Position numbers and translations under genes: made by a program
Shown here: positions 27,818 through 36,289 of the stretch, in pieces
Layout of the letters: every line of letters starts with the position of its first letter
How positions within the stretch are numbered: position 1 is the first letter of the stretch
Origin: a virus
Virus record (IMG/VR): IMGVR_UViG_3300046616_000032
Span: 1 to 50,026 of that record
DNA: 50,026 nt
Strand: one strand, 5' to 3'
The notes under the pieces: generated by a model
Told to the model about the DNA's origin: nothing
The model's input: the letters and a program-made list of their open reading frames with translations, nothing else
Databases searched by the model: none

Positions 27818-29751
27818 TGAGTTTCCTTCCAGTTAAATCCGATATCCGACGACCCAGACATGGGGCACCGGAGGTTAAGGTCTTCACCAGCCTGACGGAT
27901 GGCGTCTTTCTGAACCGAGGCGACATACTCAGCGACGTCTCGGCCTGCGTTAACCTGTGTCTGCCATTCGTCATGCACGAAGTTAACAAGTTCGAAGGGG
28001 ATGCGTTCTTTGATAAGGCGAGGATACCAAATCTGCATCGCCCGTTTCATTACGATGACTTCTCCATTTTGGAGGTAACCAGCTAGAGCGAAGTGCTCTC
28101 GACTTCCCTGATCTTCGCCAACAATCGAGACATATCTGCCATCAAATCCTTCAAAGTATCCTCGACTTGCATCGTTAGGAATATGATCTCGTTTGAGCTC
28201 GACCAACCCGGGGTAGAAGGTGATGAAGTCTTCGCAAGCTTTCTTTGCTTCTCCACCAGAGCATCCGAGAATCTGTCCAACTTTTCCAACCCCTGCACCC
28301 AAGAGCCATGCATAGATGAAAGTTTTTGCATCTGCGCGCGACTTACAAGGGCTTCCGAGTGCGATTTTGTTAAGGGTATGTGGGTCCGTACCATCGTCTT
28401 TGTTCCCTGAGGTTACCGCGAACGTAAATCGCGGGTCGTTCATGTAGTGGGCTAGGACGCGAAGTTGGATGCCTTCTGCGTCAACACCGACCAGATAGCT
28501 TCCGGGAAATGCTCCCCAGTATGTTCGGAGTTGACTATCAATCTCGTGCGCACGGCGCTTGAGATACGTTGAAGTTTCGTCAAGAGGTTGAGGTGTGGGG
28601 ATATTGCCGGTGTTAGGATTTGTGTGGCTGCAACGACCGGTCCACGCACCCAAGCCGTTGACTGTTCCGTGGACACGCCTTGTGTCTTCATTGTAGTGTT
28701 GCACCCATTCGGTTAGGGTTCGTACTCGACTGGCTAGGGTGATCCTAAGCGCCAGACTACGTGCAGCAGCAGGAGCAGTATCGGGGAGAGTAGCTAGGTT
28801 GTTCTCGGAGACGGCCCAGCCTGTCTCTCGGAACTTTGCGAGCTTTTCTTTGTCTTTCTCGCGTTCAGCAGTGATGTGGCCCTTAGTCTTTTCGTAAGGC
28901 TTCCATCCGGCTTCGTTTAGTCGTTCGACGATTTGGCTAGGTGATCCCGGATTGAACTCTTCAAAGCGAATAAGAGTGAACGGTCCTCCATTGAAGGGGG
29001 AGAGGTCACCGTCACTGACCCATCTAAAATCGCTTCGATTGAGTGTGCCAAATTTCGTAAGTCGTGGTGTAACGGTTCGAACTGGCACAACTTTTGGATG
29101 GAACGCTTCCGCGATTTGTTCATCGAGAGTTTCTAACTCCTCAAGTATATTGTACCTCAGTTTACGGACTTTGTCAATATCTAAATAAAATCCGTTGTCG
29201 TGCATCTCACGAAGAATGAATGAGACTTCGTGCTCTGTCTCGATAGGGGCTTTCCACCGAGGGGAATTGATCCACGGCAGAAGAGTTTTGTAGACCTCAT
29301 GGGTGACTTGTACGTTCTCTGTGCAGTACCACCGGAGGTCAGGATTGTTCCAATCGAAGGGTGGTTGCTCGTGCTTCGTTATCCCGAGAGATAGCGCCCA
29401 AGCTCTAAGAGAGTGACCACCATCACGGCTGTAATCAAGCAAGCGACTGACAACAAGAGTATCGATAACACGATCTGGCACAGAAATTTTGCACAGACGA
29501 ACAAGGGCCGGAAGGTCATATCCAATAAGATTATGCCCAATGCAGGCAGTGACGGCAGACCAATATTCATTGAAGTCTTCTCCAATTGGGTAGGTCCATT
29601 CGCGGACCTCCCCGGTGTCGATGTCTTTACATGTGATGGCCCAGATTGTGTCTGGCTTCAGCCCGTTGGCTTCAATATTAACGATTACTGTTCTTGATGG
29701 TTGCTTTGATTTCATCCATATGTACTGGTTTGTACCCCGTGTGTTCGACAC
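27814..29751 (-). CDS. family A DNA polymerase (T7 gp5-like) with N-terminal 3'-5' exonuclease-like domain
   Basis: 645 aa. VNIEANGL vs T7 SDIEANAL; HNLIGYDLPAL. Motif A VGVDAEGIQLRVLAHY, motif B RADAKTFIYAWLLGAG, motif C FVHDEWQ. The start is uncertain (alternative ATG at 29715). Confidence 0.9.
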   Translation of the reverse strand: MSNTRGTNQYIWMKSKQPSRTVIVNIEANGLKPDTIWAITCKDIDTGEVREWTYPIGEDFNEYWSAVTACIGHNLIGYDLPALVRLCKISVPDRVIDTLVVSRLLDYSRDGGHSLRAWALSLGITKHEQPPFDWNNPDLRWYCTENVQVTHEVYKTLLPWINSPRWKAPIETEHEVSFILREMHDNGFYLDIDKVRKLRYNILEELETLDEQIAEAFHPKVVPVRTVTPRLTKFGTLNRSDFRWVSDGDLSPFNGGPFTLIRFEEFNPGSPSQIVERLNEAGWKPYEKTKGHITAEREKDKEKLAKFRETGWAVSENNLATLPDTAPAAARSLALRITLASRVRTLTEWVQHYNEDTRRVHGTVNGLGAWTGRCSHTNPNTGNIPTPQPLDETSTYLKRRAHEIDSQLRTYWGAFPGSYLVGVDAEGIQLRVLAHYMNDPRFTFAVTSGNKDDGTDPHTLNKIALGSPCKSRADAKTFIYAWLLGAGVGKVGQILGCSGGEAKKACEDFITFYPGLVELKRDHIPNDASRGYFEGFDGRYVSIVGEDQGSREHFALAGYLQNGEVIVMKRAMQIWYPRLIKERIPFELVNFVHDEWQTQVNAGRDVAEYVASVQKDAIRQAGEDLNLRCPMSGSSDIGFNWKETH

Positions 29752-30217
29752 AGACGTTGATGTACCGAGGGTCGTCGATCAGGTTCTGGTGGATATGCCC
29801 ATGGACGTTGACCTCTCCATGCCTCATCTGATCGTGCCTCAGAGGGATATGGCAGGCGACAAAGCCATGCTCTTTGAACTTGCCGCCAGTCCATAGTTCG
29901 ATCTTGTCGAAGCGACTATACGCAGGTTGATCTAGGCGGTCATGGTTACCGAGCATTAGCCGTTTATGCCCGTTAAGCCGATGCATCAACTCGGTGAAAT
30001 CGGAAGCCCGTTTGACCCCACAAGCAACGTCCCCGAGATGGTAGACCTTGTCTTGAGGCTTGACGCGAGCGTTCCAGTTCTCGATCATTCGCTCGTTCAT
30101 CTCAGTGACGTCTGAGAAGTCTCGAATGATCTTGCCTTGGTTGTCGGTGAACTTCAGAATATTCTCGTGGAAGAAGTGCGTATCTGAGATGAACCAGATG
30201 TCAACCAAGGGCGCCAA
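29678..30217 (-). CDS. metallophosphoesterase (small, Ser/Thr phosphatase-like)
   Basis: 179 aa. Motifs ISDTHFFH, HLGDV, GNHD and HGHIH. TTG start in the track; overlaps the polymerase start region. Confidence 0.7.
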   Translation of the reverse strand: MAPLVDIWFISDTHFFHENILKFTDNQGKIIRDFSDVTEMNERMIENWNARVKPQDKVYHLGDVACGVKRASDFTELMHRLNGHKRLMLGNHDRLDQPAYSRFDKIELWTGGKFKEHGFVACHIPLRHDQMRHGEVNVHGHIHQNLIDDPRYINVCVEHTGYKPVHMDEIKATIKNSNR

Positions 30218-30398
30218 GCTCCTCTTTCGTACCTAGAAACCGAACCCCGTACAGGCCACCACTAGGGCGCTTGATACGTTCGAGTTCGCTCTGAGGATAA
30301 CCATCACGGAGAAGAGTGTCTTCTAGGGTCTCGTCAGGCAATGGGGCATACGGCTTAGGAAAGCCATACATCCATCCACTCGGGGGGTCATAGATCAT
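30201..30398 (-). CDS. hypothetical protein (65 aa)
   Basis: Its ATG overlaps the upstream TGA (ATGA). Confidence 0.55.
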   Translation of the reverse strand: MIYDPPSGWMYGFPKPYAPLPDETLEDTLLRDGYPQSELERIKRPSGGLYGVRFLGTKEELGALG

Positions 30399-30544
30399 TT
30401 CACCACCTTAAAGTACTGCTTCTTGATGTCCTTGCGTTCTTCGTCGATGGCTCTCATGCTAGCTGGGTCGTAGTTGCTAGCTGCCTCGATGTAGGCATCG
30501 GAGAGCTTCTCCATGCGCTCCAATGCCAGCAAGCGTGTCAGCAT
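30395..30544 (-). CDS. hypothetical protein (49 aa)
   Basis: Hand-translated: MLTRLLALERMEKLSDAYIEAASNYDPASMRAIDEERKDIKKQYFKVVK. ATGA junction with the next gene. The SD is weak. Confidence 0.4.
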   Translation of the reverse strand: MLTRLLALERMEKLSDAYIEAASNYDPASMRAIDEERKDIKKQYFKVVK

Positions 30545-30607
30545 CTCAGTCGGGGGGTAGGGGTTACTCACAGCCTAGCCCAGATGCGATCAAGCTTCCA
30601 TTCGATC

Positions 30608-32197
30608 TTAGTTAACAGGGACATTAACTGCTGGTGCGACATAGTCTCCAAGTGTGAAGCTGTCTGGGCTGAACCAGAGTACACCGCCGGGTCCGGTCGA
30701 GGCTCCGAAGCGGTTCTTGGGGACTGACAAGTACATTTTGTTCCGTTCGTCATCGGTTTCCTCTAGCGTATTGCGAGATAGATCAATCCGAGTATTAGCA
30801 ACCTTACCAATATTTCGGGAGCCACGGGTTTGACCATTGTCGTTGATGTGTGACACGAGGAACAATGTGAAACCGAGGTCGTGGGCCATAGTAGCAAGAC
30901 GAGTAGACAAATAATCCAAGAGACGCCGCTCATCTTCGTCCTCTCGGCCGGTTACAACCATAGTGATGTGGTCAAAGAAGATATACTTGCACCCACAAGC
31001 CGTAACCAGAAACCGAACCATACTAAGAAGATCATTAGGGTCATCACTTCCAAAATGTTTATAAATATGAAGCCGGTCGTCTGACCCCTTAGTAATTCGC
31101 TTGAGAGCGTTAGCAATCTCTTCATTACTCGTTACTCCCTCGAAATGAGCCGGAACCTTAAGATCATATCCAGCGAGCCCTTGAAGCTGCCGGGCCTTCG
31201 TCTCTTCAAGGTGGATAGCGCCAATCGCTGCGTCCGTAGTAGTAAGGATATGATATTCGATTGCTCGAATGAATTCAGTCTTTCCCACTCCCTCTTGTGC
31301 CGTAACAAGGATAACCTCTCCGTCACGAATGCCTTTAGTAACTTCTTGGAGGCGACCAAACGGGTAGGGGATCGAAGGACGTTTAGCATCGTCGTCGAGG
31401 ATTTTGCGAAACTCGTCATGTGAGCTTACAATTCCTTCGGGTAGGTATTTTTTTGAATTACTCCAAATCTTCCTAAGAAGATCAGCTTGGTTGGCTTGGA
31501 GATACCCATTGGCATCTTTATGCGCCGCCAAATCCACGTGGTAGACTTTGTTGAAATCGAAAAGCTGCGCAATCTCCTTCGCAGCCTTCTGTCCGGGTTC
31601 GTCCGCATCGAGAGCGAGATAAATACGGTCGAAGCTGTCCAGATATTTAGCGTGTGTGACACAATCCTTCCGTGCCGAAGAGGCCGATCTAATCGATACG
31701 CATGGATGCTGAGGCCCAAGAACCTGATACAATGACGCGGCATCGTAGCCACCTTCTGTGATTGTGATGTCCCTAGCCGACCCAGCCGGGAACTTATCCA
31801 TGAACATCAGGGTAGGTTCTGATGCGTTAGGTCCGCTGGTCTTAAAGGACTTGTCCTTCAGACTACGGAATTGACGGGTACCATTGGGGAAGGTGATGAT
31901 GTCCTCAAGGGGCTCCCCTGAGGCTGCGACCTTAGTAATAATGTTAAGGCGCTCTCTGGTCTCTGCGGTAATGCCACGACCAGATGTATACTGAAATGAG
32001 ACGTCAATATCTACGCTGGGAGTTACAGTTTCACTAGCTGGTTCCAAGGTTTCTCCTCGGTTATATTGTTGGAAGTCTTTACCGCCGCACTGCCCGAAGC
32101 AAAACCCGTGGCCGTCATCATAAAGCGTAAAGGCATCTGATGAACGACCACACGGACATGGCAGCTTAGTCTGCACGACCTTAGACGAAGTCCGCAT
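30608..32197 (-). CDS. bifunctional DNA primase/helicase (T7 gp4-like)
   Basis: 529 aa. Zn ribbon CPCG...CFGQCGG, TOPRIM (ITEGGYDA, LALDADEPG), Walker A TAQEGVGKTEF and Walker B IFFDHITM. Confidence 0.9.
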   Translation of the reverse strand: MRTSSKVVQTKLPCPCGRSSDAFTLYDDGHGFCFGQCGGKDFQQYNRGETLEPASETVTPSVDIDVSFQYTSGRGITAETRERLNIITKVAASGEPLEDIITFPNGTRQFRSLKDKSFKTSGPNASEPTLMFMDKFPAGSARDITITEGGYDAASLYQVLGPQHPCVSIRSASSARKDCVTHAKYLDSFDRIYLALDADEPGQKAAKEIAQLFDFNKVYHVDLAAHKDANGYLQANQADLLRKIWSNSKKYLPEGIVSSHDEFRKILDDDAKRPSIPYPFGRLQEVTKGIRDGEVILVTAQEGVGKTEFIRAIEYHILTTTDAAIGAIHLEETKARQLQGLAGYDLKVPAHFEGVTSNEEIANALKRITKGSDDRLHIYKHFGSDDPNDLLSMVRFLVTACGCKYIFFDHITMVVTGREDEDERRLLDYLSTRLATMAHDLGFTLFLVSHINDNGQTRGSRNIGKVANTRIDLSRNTLEETDDERNKMYLSVPKNRFGASTGPGGVLWFSPDSFTLGDYVAPAVNVPVN

Positions 32198-32354
32198 CCC
32201 ACCCCTTTCTCTTGCAGTAGCCGAATACGCCTTCGGCGGGCCACTTCATCATATACCGAATGATCGGGGCAGCAGTCTCAACGAAGTCGTATTCATTGAG
32301 GACGACCGCAGCTACGAAGTACGGGGACTTAATTTGGATTGTCCTAGATGTCAT
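32181..32354 (-). CDS. hypothetical protein (57 aa)
   Basis: Internal ATG (MTSRTIQIK...) of track ORF 32181..32492. This ATG overlaps the stop of the Cys-rich ORF. The upstream part of the track ORF is low-complexity and overlaps another gene. Confidence 0.45.
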   Translation of the reverse strand: MTSRTIQIKSPYFVAAVVLNEYDFVETAAPIIRYMMKWPAEGVFGYCKRKGWDADFV

Positions 32355-32553
32355 CTGCACATTCTCGCTGACAAGCGTCGCAGCAATGGCAGGGCTCTTG
32401 GTCGCTGTAGAGTTCGTCCTTGTACGGGCACGGATGCGGCTCAGTGGGGTTCGTATAGGTGTAGTCCCCGTTGCCGTCGTAGCCTCGACCACAAGTACAA
32501 TTAAGCTTCTTCCTCATCGTCCTCCAATCCAAGTTCGTAGAGGTTTTCGTCAC
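32344..32553 (-). CDS. Cys-rich small protein (zinc-binding candidate)
   Basis: 69 aa from a GTG, or 57 aa from the ATG at 32517. Contains CTCG...CPYKDELYSDQEPCHCCDACQREC. Confidence 0.5.
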   Translation of the reverse strand: MTKTSTNLDWRTMRKKLNCTCGRGYDGNGDYTYTNPTEPHPCPYKDELYSDQEPCHCCDACQRECADDI

Positions 32554-32680
32554 TAACGGCTAGGCATTCGTCGCAAAGGTAATCGCCTTGAGGGGTGGCA
32601 TGGACCTTGAAAATATGGGGCTGAAGATCGGCGTAATCTGAGCCATGGTCCGGGGTATAATCACAAATAATACAACGCAT
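32501..32680 (-). CDS. zinc-ribbon-like small protein (59 aa)
   Basis: Hand-translated: MRCIICDYTPDHGSDYADLQPHIFKVHATPQGDYLCDECLAVSDENLYELGLEDDEEEA. SD aaggaag. It is the first ORF downstream of the consensus promoter. Confidence 0.5.
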   Translation of the reverse strand: MRCIICDYTPDHGSDYADLQPHIFKVHATPQGDYLCDECLAVSDENLYELGLEDDEEEA

Positions 32681-32800
32681 TGTTCTTCCTTATTGGCCTA
32701 GGCTTATGTGGCCTTCGGCGGTAGTAGGATCGTATGAAAAATCAATTAGAAGTATATCAAGCGGGGGCATAGGGTAGAGCAGAGTGTGTATCTCATGTAT

Positions 32801-32829
32801 ATTATACACCCCCTGCTCCACGTTGTCAA
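32801..32829 (-). promoter_or_regulatory. consensus sigma70 promoter (minus strand) upstream of the replication module
   Basis: On the minus strand this reads TTGACA-acgtggagcagggggtg-TATAAT: perfect -35 and -10 hexamers with a 17-nt spacer, in a 157-bp non-coding gap. Confidence 0.8.
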
Positions 32830-32836
32830 GAACTAT

Positions 32837-32953
32837 TTACGGATCAATCCAATTCCATAGTTTGATGCCACAAGCAATGCCCCCGAGAAGCAACGGAGGC
32901 AAGCCAAACACTAGGGCGGCAGTAGCGAGAAGGGCTACTGGAAGTTCACTCAT
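32837..32953 (-). CDS. small membrane protein (38 aa)
   Basis: Hand-translated: MSELPVALLATAALVFGLPPLLLGGIACGIKLWNWIDP. Its ATG overlaps the upstream TAA (TAATG). Confidence 0.45.
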   Translation of the reverse strand: MSELPVALLATAALVFGLPPLLLGGIACGIKLWNWIDP

Positions 32954-33297
32954 TACTTGATCCTCACGCTGAAGCCACCGTAGTAGCCATTGTGTTCGTT
33001 GTGGGTCGTCAAAGTGACGAGACCCTTGGAGGACTGCACCTCCACAAACATCGTATCGTGGCACATGTCGTGGTAGTCTGCTTCGGGCTCACCGCCTTCT
33101 TTCTCCTCGATGCTGAGGAGTTCCCCACCGACCAGCGCCTCAGGGTCGTCGTCGCAGGTGATGTACCTGTGTTCGCAGCAATGCTGAGCGTCGTCATAGA
33201 CTGTTGCAGAAGTCCCATCCGAGAACATCAGATACAGACCCCCATCATGGACCTTAGCGCCGGTAATGACCTTACCGTAGAAGTCTTCCTTAGCCAA
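32953..33297 (-). CDS. hypothetical protein (114 aa)
   Basis: Abuts the ATP-grasp gene. Contains HCCEH and HNEHNGYYGG motifs. Function unknown. Confidence 0.6.
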   Translation of the reverse strand: MAKEDFYGKVITGAKVHDGGLYLMFSDGTSATVYDDAQHCCEHRYITCDDDPEALVGGELLSIEEKEGGEPEADYHDMCHDTMFVEVQSSKGLVTLTTHNEHNGYYGGFSVRIK

Positions 33298-34086
33298 TCA
33301 TGCCTCCCGATGCAGGCGTTGGAGATAATCCCGATAGACGGCAATGGTGTTGCCTTCCAGACCGGGTGCTGTGTTACCTTCGAGGACGTGTCCACGCTTC
33401 GACGGTTGATGCCAGATCACGTCCAAGGCTGCGAAGTGCAACCCCGGGAAGTGCTCAGTCATGAACCTCCGGGACAGATCGATTACCTCTGCCGGTGGTG
33501 GTACGTTCTGAACAAATACGAAACCGTTGTCATGATTTCGTACTTCCCATGACTTTGGTACGTCCCCCTCAGCCTTCTTTTGAAAGACCTTTGCCTGAGT
33601 GAGGATAGGGTTAAAATCAACACCCCTAAGGCTACGGGCCATGTGAATGCGGAATTCATGGGTCTTCTTCTGGTACCTCGTGTAAAGTGGAGCCCGAGGG
33701 ATGGGTCGGTTCTGGTCCGGCTCCCAGACCTCAATTCCAGCCCCGCCAGAGGCTTCTAGGCGATGACGGCACATGACCTTAGCTTGCCAACCCATCGCCT
33801 CCTCGCCGTTCGTAGACCATTCTGGGACCATATCAGTATGGCCTACGGCATTGAAGAAACGAAGCTTGTTGGTCAGGTACGGCAGGTCCTGCGGGTTGTT
33901 GACGATCCGTCGAAGCCCTCCTGTCATGAATTCCGGGGTGGAGTTACCCCAGAAGACGACGAGAGGTGTGTTGAAGTTAGGTCGGCGGTCAGTCAGGATG
34001 GTCTTGATACCAGCCTCCACCAAGGCCCCTTTCAGAGCCTTGGCACCACGCGAACCACGGTTGTAGCTATTGATGAAGATTGTCAA
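33298..34086 (-). CDS. ATP-grasp family ligase
   Basis: 262 aa. NKLRFF, VMCRHRLEASGGAGIEV, HEFRIHM and AALDVIWH...VLEGNTAPGL follow ATP-grasp core motifs (Gly-rich loop, E-x-R, E-x-N). Confidence 0.6.
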   Translation of the reverse strand: MTIFINSYNRGSRGAKALKGALVEAGIKTILTDRRPNFNTPLVVFWGNSTPEFMTGGLRRIVNNPQDLPYLTNKLRFFNAVGHTDMVPEWSTNGEEAMGWQAKVMCRHRLEASGGAGIEVWEPDQNRPIPRAPLYTRYQKKTHEFRIHMARSLRGVDFNPILTQAKVFQKKAEGDVPKSWEVRNHDNGFVFVQNVPPPAEVIDLSRRFMTEHFPGLHFAALDVIWHQPSKRGHVLEGNTAPGLEGNTIAVYRDYLQRLHREA

Positions 34087-35297
34087 AATTCATTCTCCAC
34101 ATCATTGATCCAACGGTCTGCCCAGGCTATCGGCGGTTCGGGTTGGGGGGCGGGGGGAACCGGCCGTCGTCGTCCTCCAAGGCCAACCCTACGTGGCCGG
34201 GGCGGAACTGCGCCATTAGCTCCCTGAGCCGCTGCCGCTGCTCCTCCCTGTGCCTGTCTCTCGCGACGTCGGGCAAAGCCCAACCCGGGGCGAAAGTTCA
34301 CGGCGGGTTGAGCCGCCACCTCCGCAGCCGGAATGTTCAAGCCGAAGTTTGCTCCACCTACGCCAGCACCACCGGCACCCCCTGCGCCTCCAGCCGCCAC
34401 GACATTCATGAAGAATGCATCATCTGCGGCCGGTTTGCCTTGCTTCTCTCGTGTCTTCGGCTTCTCTTTGACATGACGTTGGATCACACGGGCCATCTCG
34501 AATGCCGTACGGGCACCGAAATCAACGAGCTGCCCTGCGACCTCACGGTCGAACTCACACTCACCGAAGACCTTCGAGAGGAATTCCTTCGGCTCTGCTT
34601 CAGCCCGACGAACGCACGTCAGAAAGCTCGGGTCTTCCTCGGCAGCAACGACATCACGGATATTCCTCAGCCATGTACACCACTGGGAAATCGTCTTGCC
34701 ATCAAGGCTGGTCGGGAAGATGCGGTACTCAAGAGTACCTAGAGCGTTGCCTTCGCCCGGACCCAACCGGGTAAGGTTCAGTGACGAGTACTTCCCACGG
34801 GGATTAAATCCGTTGTAGAAGTTCCGACCGACGTCTGTGCAGAAGCGATCAACAAAGCTCGACAACTCCCCGGTGTCATAGCTCGGCACGCAGAACAAAC
34901 TCCCGTCTCTTCCCGGAGGTAGTAAACGGAAAGCGACAGGTTCAACAAGCGACCACACGACGAGCGTGCCAAGCACGTCTTTAAAGGTACGGTCGGCGTA
35001 GTTGACATGGATATGGGTTGAACTCCGATAACTCGGATTGACACGGGCGCCTTTCTTATCCAGCGCCCAGCGGAGGTTCTCGACGGCGAGATGGACTTCT
35101 TTACCAGCCAGCGGGTTGGAAACGTACTCCATACCATTGCGGAGGCTGCCATCTGCCTTGCCGACGAACTCAGCGGTGATCTTGCCTTCCGGCAGACCAG
35201 CACCTTCCGTCTCGATCTCGATGCCGAAGTCACCCTTCGGAACCCGTGTGTTGAACTTCTCAAAAACCTTTGTATTCATAAACTCAGCGTAGACCAT
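34083..35297 (-). CDS. putative amidoligase (Amidoligase_2 / glutamine-synthetase-like COOH-NH2 ligase) with low-complexity C-terminal tail
   Basis: 404 aa. FGIEIETEG, KADGSLRNGMEYVSNPL and SSTHIHVN match the Amidoligase_2 pattern. The last ~120 aa are Gly/Ala/Arg/Pro-rich. Confidence 0.7.
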   Translation of the reverse strand: MVYAEFMNTKVFEKFNTRVPKGDFGIEIETEGAGLPEGKITAEFVGKADGSLRNGMEYVSNPLAGKEVHLAVENLRWALDKKGARVNPSYRSSTHIHVNYADRTFKDVLGTLVVWSLVEPVAFRLLPPGRDGSLFCVPSYDTGELSSFVDRFCTDVGRNFYNGFNPRGKYSSLNLTRLGPGEGNALGTLEYRIFPTSLDGKTISQWCTWLRNIRDVVAAEEDPSFLTCVRRAEAEPKEFLSKVFGECEFDREVAGQLVDFGARTAFEMARVIQRHVKEKPKTREKQGKPAADDAFFMNVVAAGGAGGAGGAGVGGANFGLNIPAAEVAAQPAVNFRPGLGFARRRERQAQGGAAAAAQGANGAVPPRPRRVGLGGRRRPVPPAPQPEPPIAWADRWINDVENEF

Positions 35298-35305
35298 TTC
35301 ACCCT

Positions 35306-36289
35306 CTAGGCAGTGAGTAGGAGATCGACCTTAGCGAGGTCTTTGTGCATCCAAGACGGGATCAAATCCGTCTCGTCGAGAACCTTACAGCGGTCGCCGA
35401 TAACCAAACCCAGAGGGCGACCACAGTACTCAACTCCAATCGGGGCACCTTTCTTCCCCGACTGGTAGATAGCGACACGGCTGGACAACCGAAGACTATT
35501 ATTCGCTCCGCTGAGAAGCAGATCAGTCAGGTTCGGAGCGTACTTGATGTCCTTGGCTTGAGCCAAAGCCTTCAGGAGATCGTTCGTCCGGCACATACCC
35601 GGATGGTTGCGCTCACCTGCGGGCTTGAACTGCATATTCCGCTGGCTCATGCCCTGCGAGTTCTGACGTTCAGGGACACGATAAATCCACCATGCCGAGC
35701 CACGATGGTTGTAGTACGACGGAGCGATACCACGACAATCAACGACGTCGTCATAGTGGACGATGGTGTTGTTCTCGCCATCCGGGTCAGACACGAGCAA
35801 CGCGAACTTGCCACGTTCGTATTCGCACGTCTGATGGACGTAGAACGGGTTGTTCTTAATCAGGATGACCGTCTGATTAAGCTTCTGATTGATCTGTTCG
35901 TGACTGTCGTACTCCACCTTAAACGGCGGCAATGCGATGTCCCGTTCGATCACGGGGCCGTCCTTGAGTTTCCCCAAGTCCAGCTTCTTGTACATCTTCA
36001 TAATCTTTTCGTTGGCGGCCATACCTTCTTCGCGCCTCCTCGGCGCAGCAACCCGGTTAATCATCGCGAACGGATCGATGATGTCTTGATAGTCACGCAG
36101 GTCATCGATGACGTCTATGGCATTCCGAAAATTGTCGATCTGCCACGCTGGCGTCCACGCCCAATCCGGTTCACCCCGACCAACGGCATTGCCTTCGCGG
36201 TCAGCGGGATGAAAGTTGAACTGACGGATTTTCCAGTCGCGGTTGGCATCAACTTCGGCTTGGGTCTCAGGATTACGAAACGGCCGCAT
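35306..36289 (-). CDS. hypothetical protein (327 aa) inside the amidoligase cluster
   Basis: Start placed at MRPFRNPE (ATG 36289), overlapping the upstream stop by 17 nt. The track ORF extends to 36430 across the neighbouring gene. No motif recognised. Confidence 0.6.
   Translation of the reverse strand: MRPFRNPETQAEVDANRDWKIRQFNFHPADREGNAVGRGEPDWAWTPAWQIDNFRNAIDVIDDLRDYQDIIDPFAMINRVAAPRRREEGMAANEKIMKMYKKLDLGKLKDGPVIERDIALPPFKVEYDSHEQINQKLNQTVILIKNNPFYVHQTCEYERGKFALLVSDPDGENNTIVHYDDVVDCRGIAPSYYNHRGSAWWIYRVPERQNSQGMSQRNMQFKPAGERNHPGMCRTNDLLKALAQAKDIKYAPNLTDLLLSGANNSLRLSSRVAIYQSGKKGAPIGVEYCGRPLGLVIGDRCKVLDETDLIPSWMHKDLAKVDLLLTA

Noticed and set aside
30568-30753. 61-aa track ORF overlapping the 3' end of the primase-helicase gene.
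   Set aside because: It is mostly embedded out of frame in a gene with strong motif support. The gap downstream is better explained by the 49-aa ORF at 30395..30544, which is coupled to the next gene.
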